From Candidatus Altiarchaeales archaeon ex4484_2 (GTDB lineage: Archaea; Altiarchaeota; Altiarchaeia; IMC4; QMZM01): a DNA stretch of 64,000 nucleotides. The number at the start of each line of letters is the position of its first letter. The first letter of the stretch is position 1. Shown here piece by piece: positions 44,982-54,959 of this stretch. The stretch lies in the NCBI GenBank assembly GCA_002254565.1, contig NJEG01000018.1, positions 1,088 to 65,087 of the forward strand, read 5' to 3'. The notes beneath the pieces were generated by a model that had not been told where the DNA came from, searched no databases, and saw only the letters and a list, made by a program, of their open reading frames with translations. The translations under genes were made by a program, and so were the position numbers.

Positions 44982-45587
44982 ATGAATTGGTTTAAAGATA
45001 TATTCGGGAAGAAAAAGGAAATAAGGATTGGATTCTATGGGCCTCCAAACGCTGGTAAGACAACACTGGCGAACAAGATTTCTATGGACTGGACAGGGGA
45101 GCCGATAGGTAAAGTATCTGAAATCCCACACGAAACCAGGGAGGTGCAGAAAAAAGAGAAAGTTGTTATCAGGACAGGAGATAAGAGCATCACAATGAAC
45201 CTCCTGGACATGCCAGGAATTGCCACAAAAATAGACTACGAGGACTTCATAAAGAGGGGTATGGAGAAAAAAGAAGCTCAGATAAGAGCCAAGGAGGCCA
45301 CCAGGGGAGTTATTGAAGCCATCAAGTGGTTGGAGCACGTGGACACGGCCCTGGTTGTTATGGACTCAACAAAAGACCCCTACACCCAGGTGAACATCAC
45401 CATAATAGGAAACCTGGAGGCCAGGGGCATTCCAATAATAATAGTAGCCAACAAGCTGGATTTAGCTGAATCCAAGCCTGAATGGATTGAGGAAGCATTT
45501 CCACAGCACCCTGTTGTGGAGTTATCCGCCTTAACAGGAAACCACGTCGAGGAACTATATGAGGTCATAGCCAAACACTCAAGATAA
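44982..45587 (+). CDS. small GTP-binding protein (MMR_HSR1-like)
   Basis: G1 GPPNAGKTT, G3 DMPG, G4 NKLD. Confidence 0.75.
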   Translation: MNWFKDIFGKKKEIRIGFYGPPNAGKTTLANKISMDWTGEPIGKVSEIPHETREVQKKEKVVIRTGDKSITMNLLDMPGIATKIDYEDFIKRGMEKKEAQIRAKEATRGVIEAIKWLEHVDTALVVMDSTKDPYTQVNITIIGNLEARGIPIIIVANKLDLAESKPEWIEEAFPQHPVVELSALTGNHVEELYEVIAKHSR

Positions 45588-45588
45588 A

Positions 45589-45960
45589 ATGGAAGTAGAG
45601 ATAGAGTTCATATCATCCAACATACTGGAGTCAAAAACAAACACTCAGAGAATGAGTTACATCCTGAACAGAATAAAAAAGAATAAGATACTGGTCCTAG
45701 AGAGAGGTCTTAGCTCATTTGACGAATCCCGGCTGATAGAGGAAACCATGAAACAGATAGATGAGAAATTCAGCGGCATAGAGATCTCAACCCTGAAGGA
45801 AAACAACGCAAAGGGAGTGAGAGAAAAACTTATACGGATTCTGGGGGGTAAACCAGGCGGGTTGACGGTAATCGGACCCTCGAGATTAATCAAGAAAATA
45901 AAGAAGGAGCCTGAGAGAATATCTCTTTTCGCCGAGTTTAAGGACTCAGGGAAAAAATGA
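45589..45960 (+). CDS. DUF2073-like archaeal protein
   Basis: ILVLERGLSSFDESRLIEETMKQIDEKFSGIEIS matches my memory of the DUF2073 core. It follows the GTPase gene by 1 nt. Confidence 0.5.
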   Translation: MEVEIEFISSNILESKTNTQRMSYILNRIKKNKILVLERGLSSFDESRLIEETMKQIDEKFSGIEISTLKENNAKGVREKLIRILGGKPGGLTVIGPSRLIKKIKKEPERISLFAEFKDSGKK

Positions 45961-46820
45961 AGAACATCCTAAAAAAAAGCATCAAAGAAACCTACCAGCT
46001 TGGTTTAAAGAAGCCAGGTATTTACTTCCTGGGTTTCCTGTTTTTTTTCGCCCTATCCCTTTATTTATTCCTGATTACAGCAATAATGCAACATTTCTTT
46101 GATTTCCCCTTCAACTGGGATAGCTACTCGATAAATTATATTGTAGGTAAAGGCTGGCTGCATATTTCTCTGCTGTTTCTCATGGTTTTCCTCAACACAA
46201 TTATATTCTGCTTTATTGGTGCCTTTTTCACCCTAGTATTTTTTCATTCAATAAAAAAAGACGGCTTAGCTGAGGATATAAACAGCTATCTAAAGTGGAA
46301 GAAACTCGCGAAATTCATATCCGAGGGATACATAAAGATGCTGCTCTTATTTATTCCATTCACCCTGGTTTTTCTGATAGTTACCCTAATGTTAAGCCTG
46401 CCATCAGTTCTACTTTGGGGAGTATTAGCTCAATCCACTCAGGTAAACCAACTGGTGATTTTGTTTATAGTAGGCTTACTTGATTCCCTCATCCTATCAG
46501 GGATTTTCCTGAAGATAGGGTTTTCCTTCCCCATCCTAGTCTACGAGAAAAGAGAGGTGATTGAATCCCTTAAGAGAAGCGAACGCCTTACTAAAGGCTT
46601 TTTTATAGAGATCTGGACCACAATAACATTCTTCATGTTCATTGTCTTCGTGAGTAATTTTCTGGTCAGCTATGTTGGTATGCTCCTGGGATACATGACC
46701 CTTTTACAATTCCTATTTAATTCTATTTTGGTTGTGCCCCTTGGTTTCATACTCACAACCAGAATCTATTTAAACCTGAAAGAGTTTGCATACCATAAAA
46801 ATGCCCCACAAGTGCGCTAG
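45957..46820 (+). CDS. polytopic membrane protein, uncharacterised
   Basis: About 6-7 TM helices. 4-nt overlap with the preceding gene. Confidence 0.5.
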   Translation: MKNILKKSIKETYQLGLKKPGIYFLGFLFFFALSLYLFLITAIMQHFFDFPFNWDSYSINYIVGKGWLHISLLFLMVFLNTIIFCFIGAFFTLVFFHSIKKDGLAEDINSYLKWKKLAKFISEGYIKMLLLFIPFTLVFLIVTLMLSLPSVLLWGVLAQSTQVNQLVILFIVGLLDSLILSGIFLKIGFSFPILVYEKREVIESLKRSERLTKGFFIEIWTTITFFMFIVFVSNFLVSYVGMLLGYMTLLQFLFNSILVVPLGFILTTRIYLNLKEFAYHKNAPQVR

Positions 46821-47184
46821 ATGCAACAGGATATATGAGGATAACGCAGAAGAGCTATTAGAGGGATGTAGCTGCGGCTCCCGGGTTTTCCTGTACACCA
46901 GGGCGAAAGAAGATGAAAAAACTCATCAAGAGGTGATAGACGAGCTGAAGAAAAAGAACATTACAGAAGATGACCTGGGATGGATAGAAGCTAGATTCAG
47001 TAAAGAGTTAGAGGGAAACGAGAAAACACTCAGTTTAGATGTGGAAAATCTAGCTCAACTTGATAAGGGAAGATACAGACTTGACCTGCCGTCTCTGATG
47101 AAAGGCGACCCCCTAGTAATAAAATCTAGGAAAGGCGTGTATTATATAGACATCGTGCATGCTATGAAGAAAAAGGATCATTAG
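46801..47184 (+). CDS. Zn-ribbon protein (DUF2072/COG3364-like)
   Basis: N-terminal CARCN...CSCGS zinc ribbon followed by an acidic helical region. Confidence 0.55.
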   Translation: MPHKCARCNRIYEDNAEELLEGCSCGSRVFLYTRAKEDEKTHQEVIDELKKKNITEDDLGWIEARFSKELEGNEKTLSLDVENLAQLDKGRYRLDLPSLMKGDPLVIKSRKGVYYIDIVHAMKKKDH

Positions 47185-47282
47185 TTATTTATTTCTCTGA
47201 ATGTAGAGCCCCGTCCATAGCTAATATTACGGGTGATGTAGATTGTGGGATATAAAGTTTTCCTTCAAATAAATTAAGTGAT

Positions 47283-48617
47283 ATGGCAATTCATCCAATA
47301 GAGTCTCGATACGGCAGACCCAAAATCAGAAAGATATTTGATGATGAAACAAAGCTTTCCCGGATGCTTGAGGTCGAATCCGCTCTTGCCCGGGCCCACG
47401 CCAAAGCAGGCAGTATCCCACAGGATGCGGCAGATGAGATAACAAAAAAAGCAGACATTAGATACGTTAAATTAGAGAGAGTAAAGGAGATTGAAGCGAA
47501 GATAGATCATGATGTGATGGCTATCGTCGAAGCTCTTTCTGAGCAGTGCGGTGATGCAGGGAGATATGTTCACCTGGGGGCGACAAGCAATGACATCCAG
47601 GATACTGCGCTGGCCCTACAGCTTAAGGAGTTTATCACCTACCTGAAAAAAGATTTAGAGCAGCTTAAAGGGGTAATCATTAAACAAGCGAAGAAACATA
47701 AAAACACCGTAGCAATCGGGAGAACCCATGGTCAGCACGCTATCCCAACAACCTACGGCCTGAAGTTCGCTATATATGCGATGGAGATACAAAGAGGTAT
47801 AGATCGGCTGAGAGAGTGCGAGGAAAGAATCATTGTGGGTCAGCTGACCGGTGCAGTAGGTACGCAGGCTGCGTTAGGTGGAAAGGGCATTGAGCTGCAG
47901 AGATATATGATGGAGGATCTGGGCTTAAAACCAGTTAAAGTTTCGAATCAGGTAATTCAAAGAGACAGGCATGCGGAATTCCTCCTTAATCTGGCTTTGA
48001 TAGCTGAAACACTCAACAAGATTAGCACCGAAATCAGGAATCTGCAGAGGACAGAGGTGGGTGAGGTATCTGAAGGCTTCGGTAAGGATCAGGTCGGCTC
48101 CTCCACGATGCCGCATAAGATGAACCCTATTTATGCTGAACGTATCTGTGGACTCAGTCGCATCATTAAGGCGGATGCGTTCGCGTCCCTCGACAACATC
48201 CCGTTGTGGCATGAAAGGGATCTGACTAACTCCAGCTGCGAGAGGATTATCATACCTGAGTCCTGCATACTAACGGATTATATCCTGAATCTCTGCATTG
48301 ATTTAATCCGGAATCTGGTATTCGACAAGAAAGCAATAGAGAGAAACCTTAACCTCACCCAAGGGAGGGTTATGGCCGAATCCGTTATGGTTGCCTTAGT
48401 ATCCAAGGGATTGGGCAGGCAGGAGGCACATAAATTGACCAGAGACTGCGCCCTCGAAAGCCACCGCAGGAGGGTAGGGTTCAGGGAAACATTACTAGAG
48501 AACAAGGAAGTCAAGAAACTATTGGATGAGGAAGAGATAAAGCATGCCCTCAACCCAGGTAAGTATATCGGGACAGCGGTCGAACAGGTGGAAAGGGTGA
48601 TAAAGGAACTGGAATGA
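47283..48617 (+). CDS. purB: adenylosuccinate lyase
   Basis: Fumarate-lyase signature GSSTMPHKMNP. 444 aa. Confidence 0.9.
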   Translation: MAIHPIESRYGRPKIRKIFDDETKLSRMLEVESALARAHAKAGSIPQDAADEITKKADIRYVKLERVKEIEAKIDHDVMAIVEALSEQCGDAGRYVHLGATSNDIQDTALALQLKEFITYLKKDLEQLKGVIIKQAKKHKNTVAIGRTHGQHAIPTTYGLKFAIYAMEIQRGIDRLRECEERIIVGQLTGAVGTQAALGGKGIELQRYMMEDLGLKPVKVSNQVIQRDRHAEFLLNLALIAETLNKISTEIRNLQRTEVGEVSEGFGKDQVGSSTMPHKMNPIYAERICGLSRIIKADAFASLDNIPLWHERDLTNSSCERIIIPESCILTDYILNLCIDLIRNLVFDKKAIERNLNLTQGRVMAESVMVALVSKGLGRQEAHKLTRDCALESHRRRVGFRETLLENKEVKKLLDEEEIKHALNPGKYIGTAVEQVERVIKELE

Positions 48618-48832
48618 AGATTAAGGCATGTAGTAGATGCGGTTCAAGAAAACTTGCCCTCATGGAACTACCCAAGGAGAAAGAATCATATCCCCACTCC
48701 GAATTAATGGATAACCTTGTGGCAGTGAGATATCTCTGCGGGGACTGTGCATTAATAGATGAAGCAGTAGTCTTCAACTCAGAGGAGGATTGGAGGAGGT
48801 TTCTGGATGTAAAGAATCAATCAAGGATATAA
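48614..48832 (+). CDS. small CxxC...CxxC zinc-ribbon protein, uncharacterised
   Basis: CSRCGS...CGDC. ATGA overlap with purB. Confidence 0.4.
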   Translation: MKIKACSRCGSRKLALMELPKEKESYPHSELMDNLVAVRYLCGDCALIDEAVVFNSEEDWRRFLDVKNQSRI

Positions 48833-49767
48833 ACCCTGTGGTCTAGTTTTATTACCTTCACCTCATCACCCTGCTTCAACATCCCCTTAGTATTCCTCAA
48901 CTCCAGTGTTTTGTTATCCTCCAAGCTAAGCAACTGCAGGTCATGTGGGCTTACAGAGGTGACAATACATCTTTTTACGTCGGAGGCCTTTGCAACAGGC
49001 TTAATATCCGATAGCTCATTCAGAGGTAACGAAACGTTTTTCCCGGAATCAAGATTCCTAAGCTTTACAGTACTACTTCTCTCCAAAACCTGCAGGATTC
49101 TGTTATTGTATCTAATCAAATCCCCCACCCCAAAGGATGGTTCCTTCACAGAGATAGAGGACCTGTAGACATCTTTACCATCCTGTTTACCCATCAGAGT
49201 ATATGAGTCCCTCACCAGGAAACCCTTATTCCTTAATTCCCCCATCAGACGGGTCCCATAGCGGGAGGATATCAGATAAATGTCCACCCCACCCCTCACC
49301 TTCTCCACCTTAGAGACCATGGATGATTTGACGCCCTCAAACAATTTCCCGGGATTTTTAACCCTAAGCTGTAGTATGGACTCATAGTATCCTGCAGAAA
49401 TTCTACCGCAGAAGGGGCAATTACCTCTTTCCAGGCCAATCTCTCCTGTCACTTCCTTCTTGAATTCCTCGCCCAGGTATTCCCCGGAAAACAGTATCTT
49501 GAGCTTTATCTTGTTCCTGACTAAGGAAAAACTCTCCAGCTCCACACCAATAGTCTTGAGTTCCCCTGGAACAACAAGTTTATCCTCCACCACCCTGGAT
49601 AGAACAACCTCTAAACTTCTGTCCCAACTAGTCTTGTATCTGGTTCGGCCACAGTTACACAGAAACAACACCGTATGCTCTATGTATAAGGGATTATCCT
49701 CTAGATAGCAGTCAAGGCACAGGCCCTTCCCCTCCCTGCCGCATTTGGGACAAAACATTTTTTCCAA
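48817..49767 (-). CDS. NMD3-family protein (archaeal)
   Basis: N-terminal zinc knuckles CPKCG...CLDC...CNCG followed by NMD3-like beta-rich domains. Confidence 0.7.
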   Translation of the reverse strand: MEKMFCPKCGREGKGLCLDCYLEDNPLYIEHTVLFLCNCGRTRYKTSWDRSLEVVLSRVVEDKLVVPGELKTIGVELESFSLVRNKIKLKILFSGEYLGEEFKKEVTGEIGLERGNCPFCGRISAGYYESILQLRVKNPGKLFEGVKSSMVSKVEKVRGGVDIYLISSRYGTRLMGELRNKGFLVRDSYTLMGKQDGKDVYRSSISVKEPSFGVGDLIRYNNRILQVLERSSTVKLRNLDSGKNVSLPLNELSDIKPVAKASDVKRCIVTSVSPHDLQLLSLEDNKTLELRNTKGMLKQGDEVKVIKLDHRVYILD

Positions 49768-50044
49768 TAAGCCTTATATGATATATATTAGGATTTGAAG
49801 TAAACTACCCACTGCTTAAGCATGTGGGCATTCCATCAGGAGGTTGGGTGTCATGCACAGCATAAAGTCTGTTTACAGGGACTCGCCTGCTGGTAAACTG
49901 GAAAGAAGCAGATTGATTAGAAACATGCTTATCCCGCACCAATAGAGATTTAATCACATACCCCCTAGATTTAATATCTAAAAAGGGGATATGTCGCAGT
50001 TCCTCCCATCCCCAAGGGGATGGGTCTCCTTGCCACAACATAAG

Positions 50045-50674
50045 ATGAAAATAAGATGGTTTGGACACGCCAGCTTCTGCATAGAAACTGAGGGGAAAAC
50101 AATCTACATAGACCCCTATTTCATACCCAAAAAGCCGGTTAAGGCAGATATAATTCTGGTAACGCATGAACACTACGACCACTGTGAGATAGAAAATATC
50201 AGACGGCTGAGGAAACCCCATACGGCAGTGATAGCCAGCAGCGAAGCAGCGAAGAAGATAGAGGGCTCCGCTATTGCCAGAGCAGGTGATTTAATAAACC
50301 TCCACGGAATCCATATAACCGCAGTGAACGCCTACAACATAGATAAATACTTCCACAAGAAAGGTGAGGGAATTGGTTTTGTGATAGAATCAGGTGCTAA
50401 AAGAACCTATCACTCAGGGGACACCGATTTTATACCCGAGATGAAGGACCTGGAAAATATTGATGTGGCCTTGATGTCTGTTGGTGGAAAATACACCATG
50501 GACTACCTTGAGGCGGCTGAGGCAGTCAAGACCATAAAGCCCAGGATAGCAATACCAATGCACTGGGGAAGCATTGTTGGAGAAAAACAAGACGCTGAAG
50601 GATTCAAGAAAAAAGTCGAGGAAGAAACAGAAACCAAGGTTTTTATCCTGGAAAACAGGTGGTTATCTCTTTGA
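50045..50674 (+). CDS. metallo-beta-lactamase-fold hydrolase (UPF0173-like)
   Basis: MKIRWFGHASFCIE...VTHEHYDH (HxHxDH). Confidence 0.75.
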   Translation: MKIRWFGHASFCIETEGKTIYIDPYFIPKKPVKADIILVTHEHYDHCEIENIRRLRKPHTAVIASSEAAKKIEGSAIARAGDLINLHGIHITAVNAYNIDKYFHKKGEGIGFVIESGAKRTYHSGDTDFIPEMKDLENIDVALMSVGGKYTMDYLEAAEAVKTIKPRIAIPMHWGSIVGEKQDAEGFKKKVEEETETKVFILENRWLSL

Positions 50675-51343
50675 TACCCTGTATTTCAGCAGCAACTCAT
50701 CACCTTTCCTGTTCATGGACAAAAGCTTTAGTTTCAGCGCCTGCCCCTCCATGAATCCGGCGCCGTCAACCAGGGTGGGAGCATCCCTGCCACCGAATAT
50801 CCTGGGTGCTACTGTGACATATATCTCATCAACCAAACCAGCCTTAAGGAAGCGATAGTTTGTCTCAGCCCCACCCTCAATCATCAATCTCCTGACCCCT
50901 AAACCATGAAGGGTTTTTGCAATAAAGCAAGGGTCTATCTCATCATCTACGCTTACGTAAACATCCGCCATATCCCCCAGTTCATCAATCTTTAAGGTGT
51001 CAGAGTCCCTGGAGGCAAAAAAAATTTTCTCAGCATTCCCGTAGTTAAGGAACTCAGAGTCCAAGTTAACAGAATCTATTCTTCCAACCGCCACCTTCAT
51101 GGGATTCTCGGATAAACCCTTTTCCAGCCGCTCCTCCCTCAGCTTCCCTGATTTAACGGTCAGCTTAGGGTCATCTGTCAGTAGCGTGTTCATTCCCACC
51201 AGCACAGCATCGGAGCCGGCCCTCAGTTTGTCAACCATATCCATGTCTTTCTGGCTGGAAATCCTTACCTGTCGTCTCTCAAGGGTTGATATCTTCCCGT
51301 CAACCGTCATAGCCGAGTTGATGAAGATGAAAGGCTTCTTCAT
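50663..51343 (-). CDS. 2,5-diamino-6-ribosylamino-4(3H)-pyrimidinone 5'-phosphate reductase (RibD C-terminal domain family)
   Basis: INSAMTVDGKIST...DAVLVGMNTLLTDDPKLT...MIEGGAE. Confidence 0.8.
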   Translation of the reverse strand: MKKPFIFINSAMTVDGKISTLERRQVRISSQKDMDMVDKLRAGSDAVLVGMNTLLTDDPKLTVKSGKLREERLEKGLSENPMKVAVGRIDSVNLDSEFLNYGNAEKIFFASRDSDTLKIDELGDMADVYVSVDDEIDPCFIAKTLHGLGVRRLMIEGGAETNYRFLKAGLVDEIYVTVAPRIFGGRDAPTLVDGAGFMEGQALKLKLLSMNRKGDELLLKYRVSKR

Positions 51344-51347
51344 TTAA

Positions 51348-52769
51348 CTACCCCTTGACCACTCCAATAGGCTTCATTCTCGCAACCGCCCTGGATATTC
51401 CACTCAACTCCACGCTCTTTATAACATCGTCCACGTCCTTGTATGCCTTAGGCGCTTCTTCGGCCAGCATCTTGGGGTGGGTGGCTTTCACAAAAATACC
51501 CCTGGACTCCAGCTCCCTCTTCAGCTCGGATCCCTGGAAGGATTTTATCGCTTTACGTCTTGACATAATCCTGCCGGCGCCGTGGCATGTGCTCCCAAAG
51601 GTTTCCTCCAACCCCTTCTTTGTTCCCACAAGTAGATAGGATGATGTGCCCATATCCCCTGGTATAAGCACTGGCTGCCCTACACCCAGGTACACATCAG
51701 GGATCTCTTTCCTGCCCGCAGGGAAGGCTCTGGTAGCGCCTTTCCTGTGGACACATAGGTTTCTCTTTTCTCCGTCCAGCTTGTGTTCCTCGAACTTCGC
51801 GATGTTGTGGCAGACGTCGTAGGTTAATGGCATATCTATCTCTCGCCCGAATACCCTGCGGAACGTCTGCCTGACCCAGTGAGCAATCACCTGCCGGTTG
51901 CAGAAGGCGAAATTGACTGCTGAATACATTGCACCAAAGTAATCCCTGGCCTCTTTCGAGTCCAGCGGAGAGCAGGCCAGCTCCTTATCAGGTAATCTTA
52001 TCCCGTATTTCCTCGCAGCCGGCAGCATTGTTTTTATGTAGTCGCTTGCTATCTGATGCCCGAAGCCGCGGGAGCCACAGTGTATCATAACAGTTACCTG
52101 CCCCTCCTCGACTACACCGAATTTATGGGCTGCTTGCGGGTCAAATATTTTGTCGACTGCCTGCACCTCGAGGAAATGGTTTCCTGCACCGAGAGTTCCC
52201 AGCTGATTTTTCCCCCGGGATTTAGCCCGATCGCTTACCTTCGCTGGGCTGGCGCCCTCTATCGCACCGTTTTCCTCCGTATGCTTGAGATCTTCCTCTA
52301 AGCCAAGGCCCTTATCTATAGCCCATCCGGCGCCTGAAACAGCCACCTTGTCGAGCTCACTTATTGACAGACGGAGACTGCTTTTGCTTCCTACACCCGA
52401 GGGCACAGTATTGAACAGAGAGTCCACCAGCTGCCTGAGCCTCGGTCTCAGCTCGCTCTCTGATAAATCCGTGGTTAACAGACGGACTCCGCAATTGATA
52501 TCATACCCGACTCCGCCGGGGCTGACAACACCCTTGTCTGAGCCGAACGCTGCCACACCCCCGATAGGGAAGCCATAGCCGTAGTGGCCATCGGGCATCA
52601 CCATAGCTGCCTTCTCTATGCCAGGTAGTTTAGCAACATTCGATGCCTGCCTGAAGACTCCCTCCTCCATAGCCCGGAACACTTTCTCGGTGGCGTAAAC
52701 CCTGACCGGGACATTAAGTTCACTGCTCTGATGTTCCCACACGCCTTTTTTGATTTGCTTGAAGTCCAT
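51348..52769 (-). CDS. rtcB: RNA-splicing ligase RtcB
   Basis: GGVGYDINCGVR, HCGSRGFGHQ and CHGAGR blocks. 473 aa. Confidence 0.95.
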   Translation of the reverse strand: MDFKQIKKGVWEHQSSELNVPVRVYATEKVFRAMEEGVFRQASNVAKLPGIEKAAMVMPDGHYGYGFPIGGVAAFGSDKGVVSPGGVGYDINCGVRLLTTDLSESELRPRLRQLVDSLFNTVPSGVGSKSSLRLSISELDKVAVSGAGWAIDKGLGLEEDLKHTEENGAIEGASPAKVSDRAKSRGKNQLGTLGAGNHFLEVQAVDKIFDPQAAHKFGVVEEGQVTVMIHCGSRGFGHQIASDYIKTMLPAARKYGIRLPDKELACSPLDSKEARDYFGAMYSAVNFAFCNRQVIAHWVRQTFRRVFGREIDMPLTYDVCHNIAKFEEHKLDGEKRNLCVHRKGATRAFPAGRKEIPDVYLGVGQPVLIPGDMGTSSYLLVGTKKGLEETFGSTCHGAGRIMSRRKAIKSFQGSELKRELESRGIFVKATHPKMLAEEAPKAYKDVDDVIKSVELSGISRAVARMKPIGVVKG

Positions 52770-52799
52770 CCTCCCTTAATAAACAATGATTAGAGTTAC

Positions 52800-53381
52800 T
52801 TAACTCAGATTCTTTTTCAGCGAAGACTCCAGGTGCGAAAGCTTCTTTCTGCCCTTCCTGAATCTCCTGTTGGAGAAAGCTGTAAGATATGTTAGGTATT
52901 TCTCGTCAACCAGAAGACGCCCCTTCTCTGCTAGGGGACAGTCCACCCTTTCGGTGTCACATACCTCCACCAGATAGCGTTCCTTTTTCAGGCCCTGGAG
53001 GCCAACCCTCTTGTAGCCTGAGTCTCTGACAATATAAAGAATCTTCTTGGCTTTCTCTATTGTTTTCGCTGCGATATGGAGTATAGCGGACTCGTATTTA
53101 AACCATACTACCCCATCAGGAGGTATGTCCTGCAGGCACTCGATTACTTCCCCGGGGGTTATCTCCCTGTGCCATTTACCCAGCCACCGGCTTTCTTTCT
53201 TAGACCCCCGCTCAAGCAACAATGTTATCCTGCCGGAGCAGCTGGAGGTGGTGTAGAAATCATCCAAGGAATTAATGTGCTCGAGGAGGGGGATTATTTC
53301 CTCGTCCACATCCCCCAGATTCCTAGCCTGATTGTAGCGCTCCAGTGCGTTCCTTTTCTGGTTGACGAAACGCTTAGACAT
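52800..53381 (-). CDS. taw3: tRNA wybutosine-synthesis protein 3 (TYW3/Taw3)
   Basis: YTTSSCSGRI motif. About 190 aa. Confidence 0.75.
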   Translation of the reverse strand: MSKRFVNQKRNALERYNQARNLGDVDEEIIPLLEHINSLDDFYTTSSCSGRITLLLERGSKKESRWLGKWHREITPGEVIECLQDIPPDGVVWFKYESAILHIAAKTIEKAKKILYIVRDSGYKRVGLQGLKKERYLVEVCDTERVDCPLAEKGRLLVDEKYLTYLTAFSNRRFRKGRKKLSHLESSLKKNLS

Positions 53382-54186
53382 TTCTGTTTTCTTTGTCCAC
53401 CAGTTTAGTGGTTATCTCCACCAGGGGGTGTTGGGCATAGTCCATCACCTCGATGTCATTTAGTGTGATGAGAGTTCTTTCCTTAGCAGTTTTTTCCATC
53501 CTCAACTCCACCTCAGGCTCCATTTCCAGGACGTGAGCCATCAGCTCATCAATACCCTGCCTCAGAGCCGCTACAGCCCGGTGGTGTCCGTCAACCAAAA
53601 CGAAATAGCTCTTCCTCCTCACAACGATTATAGGCTCCGCCAGCCCCTTCCTGAGCTCATACTCCCTACCCTCCAGCTCATCAGCATAAATCTTGTTCTG
53701 GGTTGGATGCAGTTTATTAACCGGGACCAAGCGCTTACCTAACTCAACACGCACGCCATACTCGCTCTCGAGGAGGCTTTTCACCATGTTAACCTTACCG
53801 GGAGTTACTCTTTCTATATGGGAGCGCAGTATATCCAGGGTGGAGATGATACCCACCAGCATCCCGTTCCCGTTCACCACAGGAAGCTTCCTGTATCCGT
53901 ACCTGAAGAGTACTCTGCCAGCGTCACCTAAATCCAGCTCAGGTCTAGCAACAACCAGCTTTTTCTTCTTCTTTAAGATATCCTCCACCCTCCTGTTTTT
54001 TTTATCATAGCTTTTGAGGAGCTGTTTAGCGGTGAGGAAACCAATCAATTCATTATCCCTGACCACGGGGAAATTCTCGTGAGTGGATGAAATAAATTTC
54101 TCTATGGCCTCAGCTACAGTTGAATCAGAGGCTATATAATCCACCTCCGGTGTCATGTAGTCAGCTACCTTGGGTTTCACAGCCAT
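53374..54186 (-). CDS. CBS-pair plus ParB/sulfiredoxin-like domain protein
   Basis: Two CBS motifs in the N-terminal half. C-terminal LHPTQN...VLVDGHHRAVA is ParB N-terminal domain-like. Confidence 0.7.
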   Translation of the reverse strand: MAVKPKVADYMTPEVDYIASDSTVAEAIEKFISSTHENFPVVRDNELIGFLTAKQLLKSYDKKNRRVEDILKKKKKLVVARPELDLGDAGRVLFRYGYRKLPVVNGNGMLVGIISTLDILRSHIERVTPGKVNMVKSLLESEYGVRVELGKRLVPVNKLHPTQNKIYADELEGREYELRKGLAEPIIVVRRKSYFVLVDGHHRAVAALRQGIDELMAHVLEMEPEVELRMEKTAKERTLITLNDIEVMDYAQHPLVEITTKLVDKENRNV

Positions 54187-54233
54187 AGTAAATAATTATA
54201 TGAAATACCCTATAAGTAAGAGAGAGGATTAAA

Positions 54234-54956
54234 ATGAAGAAGGATGTTAACCTGATACTCTTTGGGTTGGTGGTATTCCTATTGTTCAGTATGGTGGGGA
54301 TAACACTATACTATCAGGAGACATACAAGTCCCTGGATGAAAGCCACGCTCAGGCTATGGGAAAAATGATGGAGACAGAATACCAGCTGAACGAAACCAT
54401 CACCGAAGTGGAGAAGAAAAGCAAGGAGCTGGACAATAGAGAGAATGAGTTGATTGATATAATAAATGAGCTTGACTTGTCTAAAAAAAAGGTTTCCTCT
54501 CTGGGAGACTATTACGAAAACCTCAGGGGAGAAAAGGAAACCCTTGAAAACCAGCTTGATTCAGCTGAAAGCAATAGAGACAGATATAAGTTGAACCTAG
54601 ATGAAAAAACCAAGGAACTGGAGGTGTGCGAGAAAGACAAGAAACTCATCCAGAGTGAGTTAGGTGATGCGGAAAAAACGATATCCACAGCCAAGGGCAA
54701 GGTAGGGAATATGAGCTCAATAGCCTACAGCCTCTGGGTGGATCTTGATGAGATTGAGTCGATAATCGATGATGATATAAGAGACGATCTTGATGATATC
54801 AGGGATGACATAGAAAAGGGGAAACCCGTAGATGAAGGTGATGTGGACCGCGTCAGCGACTCTGTCTATGAGGTATATGACAAAATCGGGGCAAGCAAAA
54901 ACCTGCTTAGAATAATCAATACCATAATATCAAGACTTAACACCATCCTCAGTTAG
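54234..54956 (+). CDS. N-terminally anchored coiled-coil protein
   Basis: TM LILFGLVVFLLFSMVGITLYY followed by E/K/L-rich coiled coil and an acidic DDDIRDDLDDIRDD tract. Confidence 0.5.
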   Translation: MKKDVNLILFGLVVFLLFSMVGITLYYQETYKSLDESHAQAMGKMMETEYQLNETITEVEKKSKELDNRENELIDIINELDLSKKKVSSLGDYYENLRGEKETLENQLDSAESNRDRYKLNLDEKTKELEVCEKDKKLIQSELGDAEKTISTAKGKVGNMSSIAYSLWVDLDEIESIIDDDIRDDLDDIRDDIEKGKPVDEGDVDRVSDSVYEVYDKIGASKNLLRIINTIISRLNTILS

Positions 54957-54959
54957 AAA

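Noticed and set aside
49805-50221. 138-aa minus-strand ORF spanning the intergenic spacer and the 5' end of the MBL hydrolase gene.
   Set aside because: It shows no recognisable features and overlaps a well-supported gene start on the other strand. It is probably a chance open frame.
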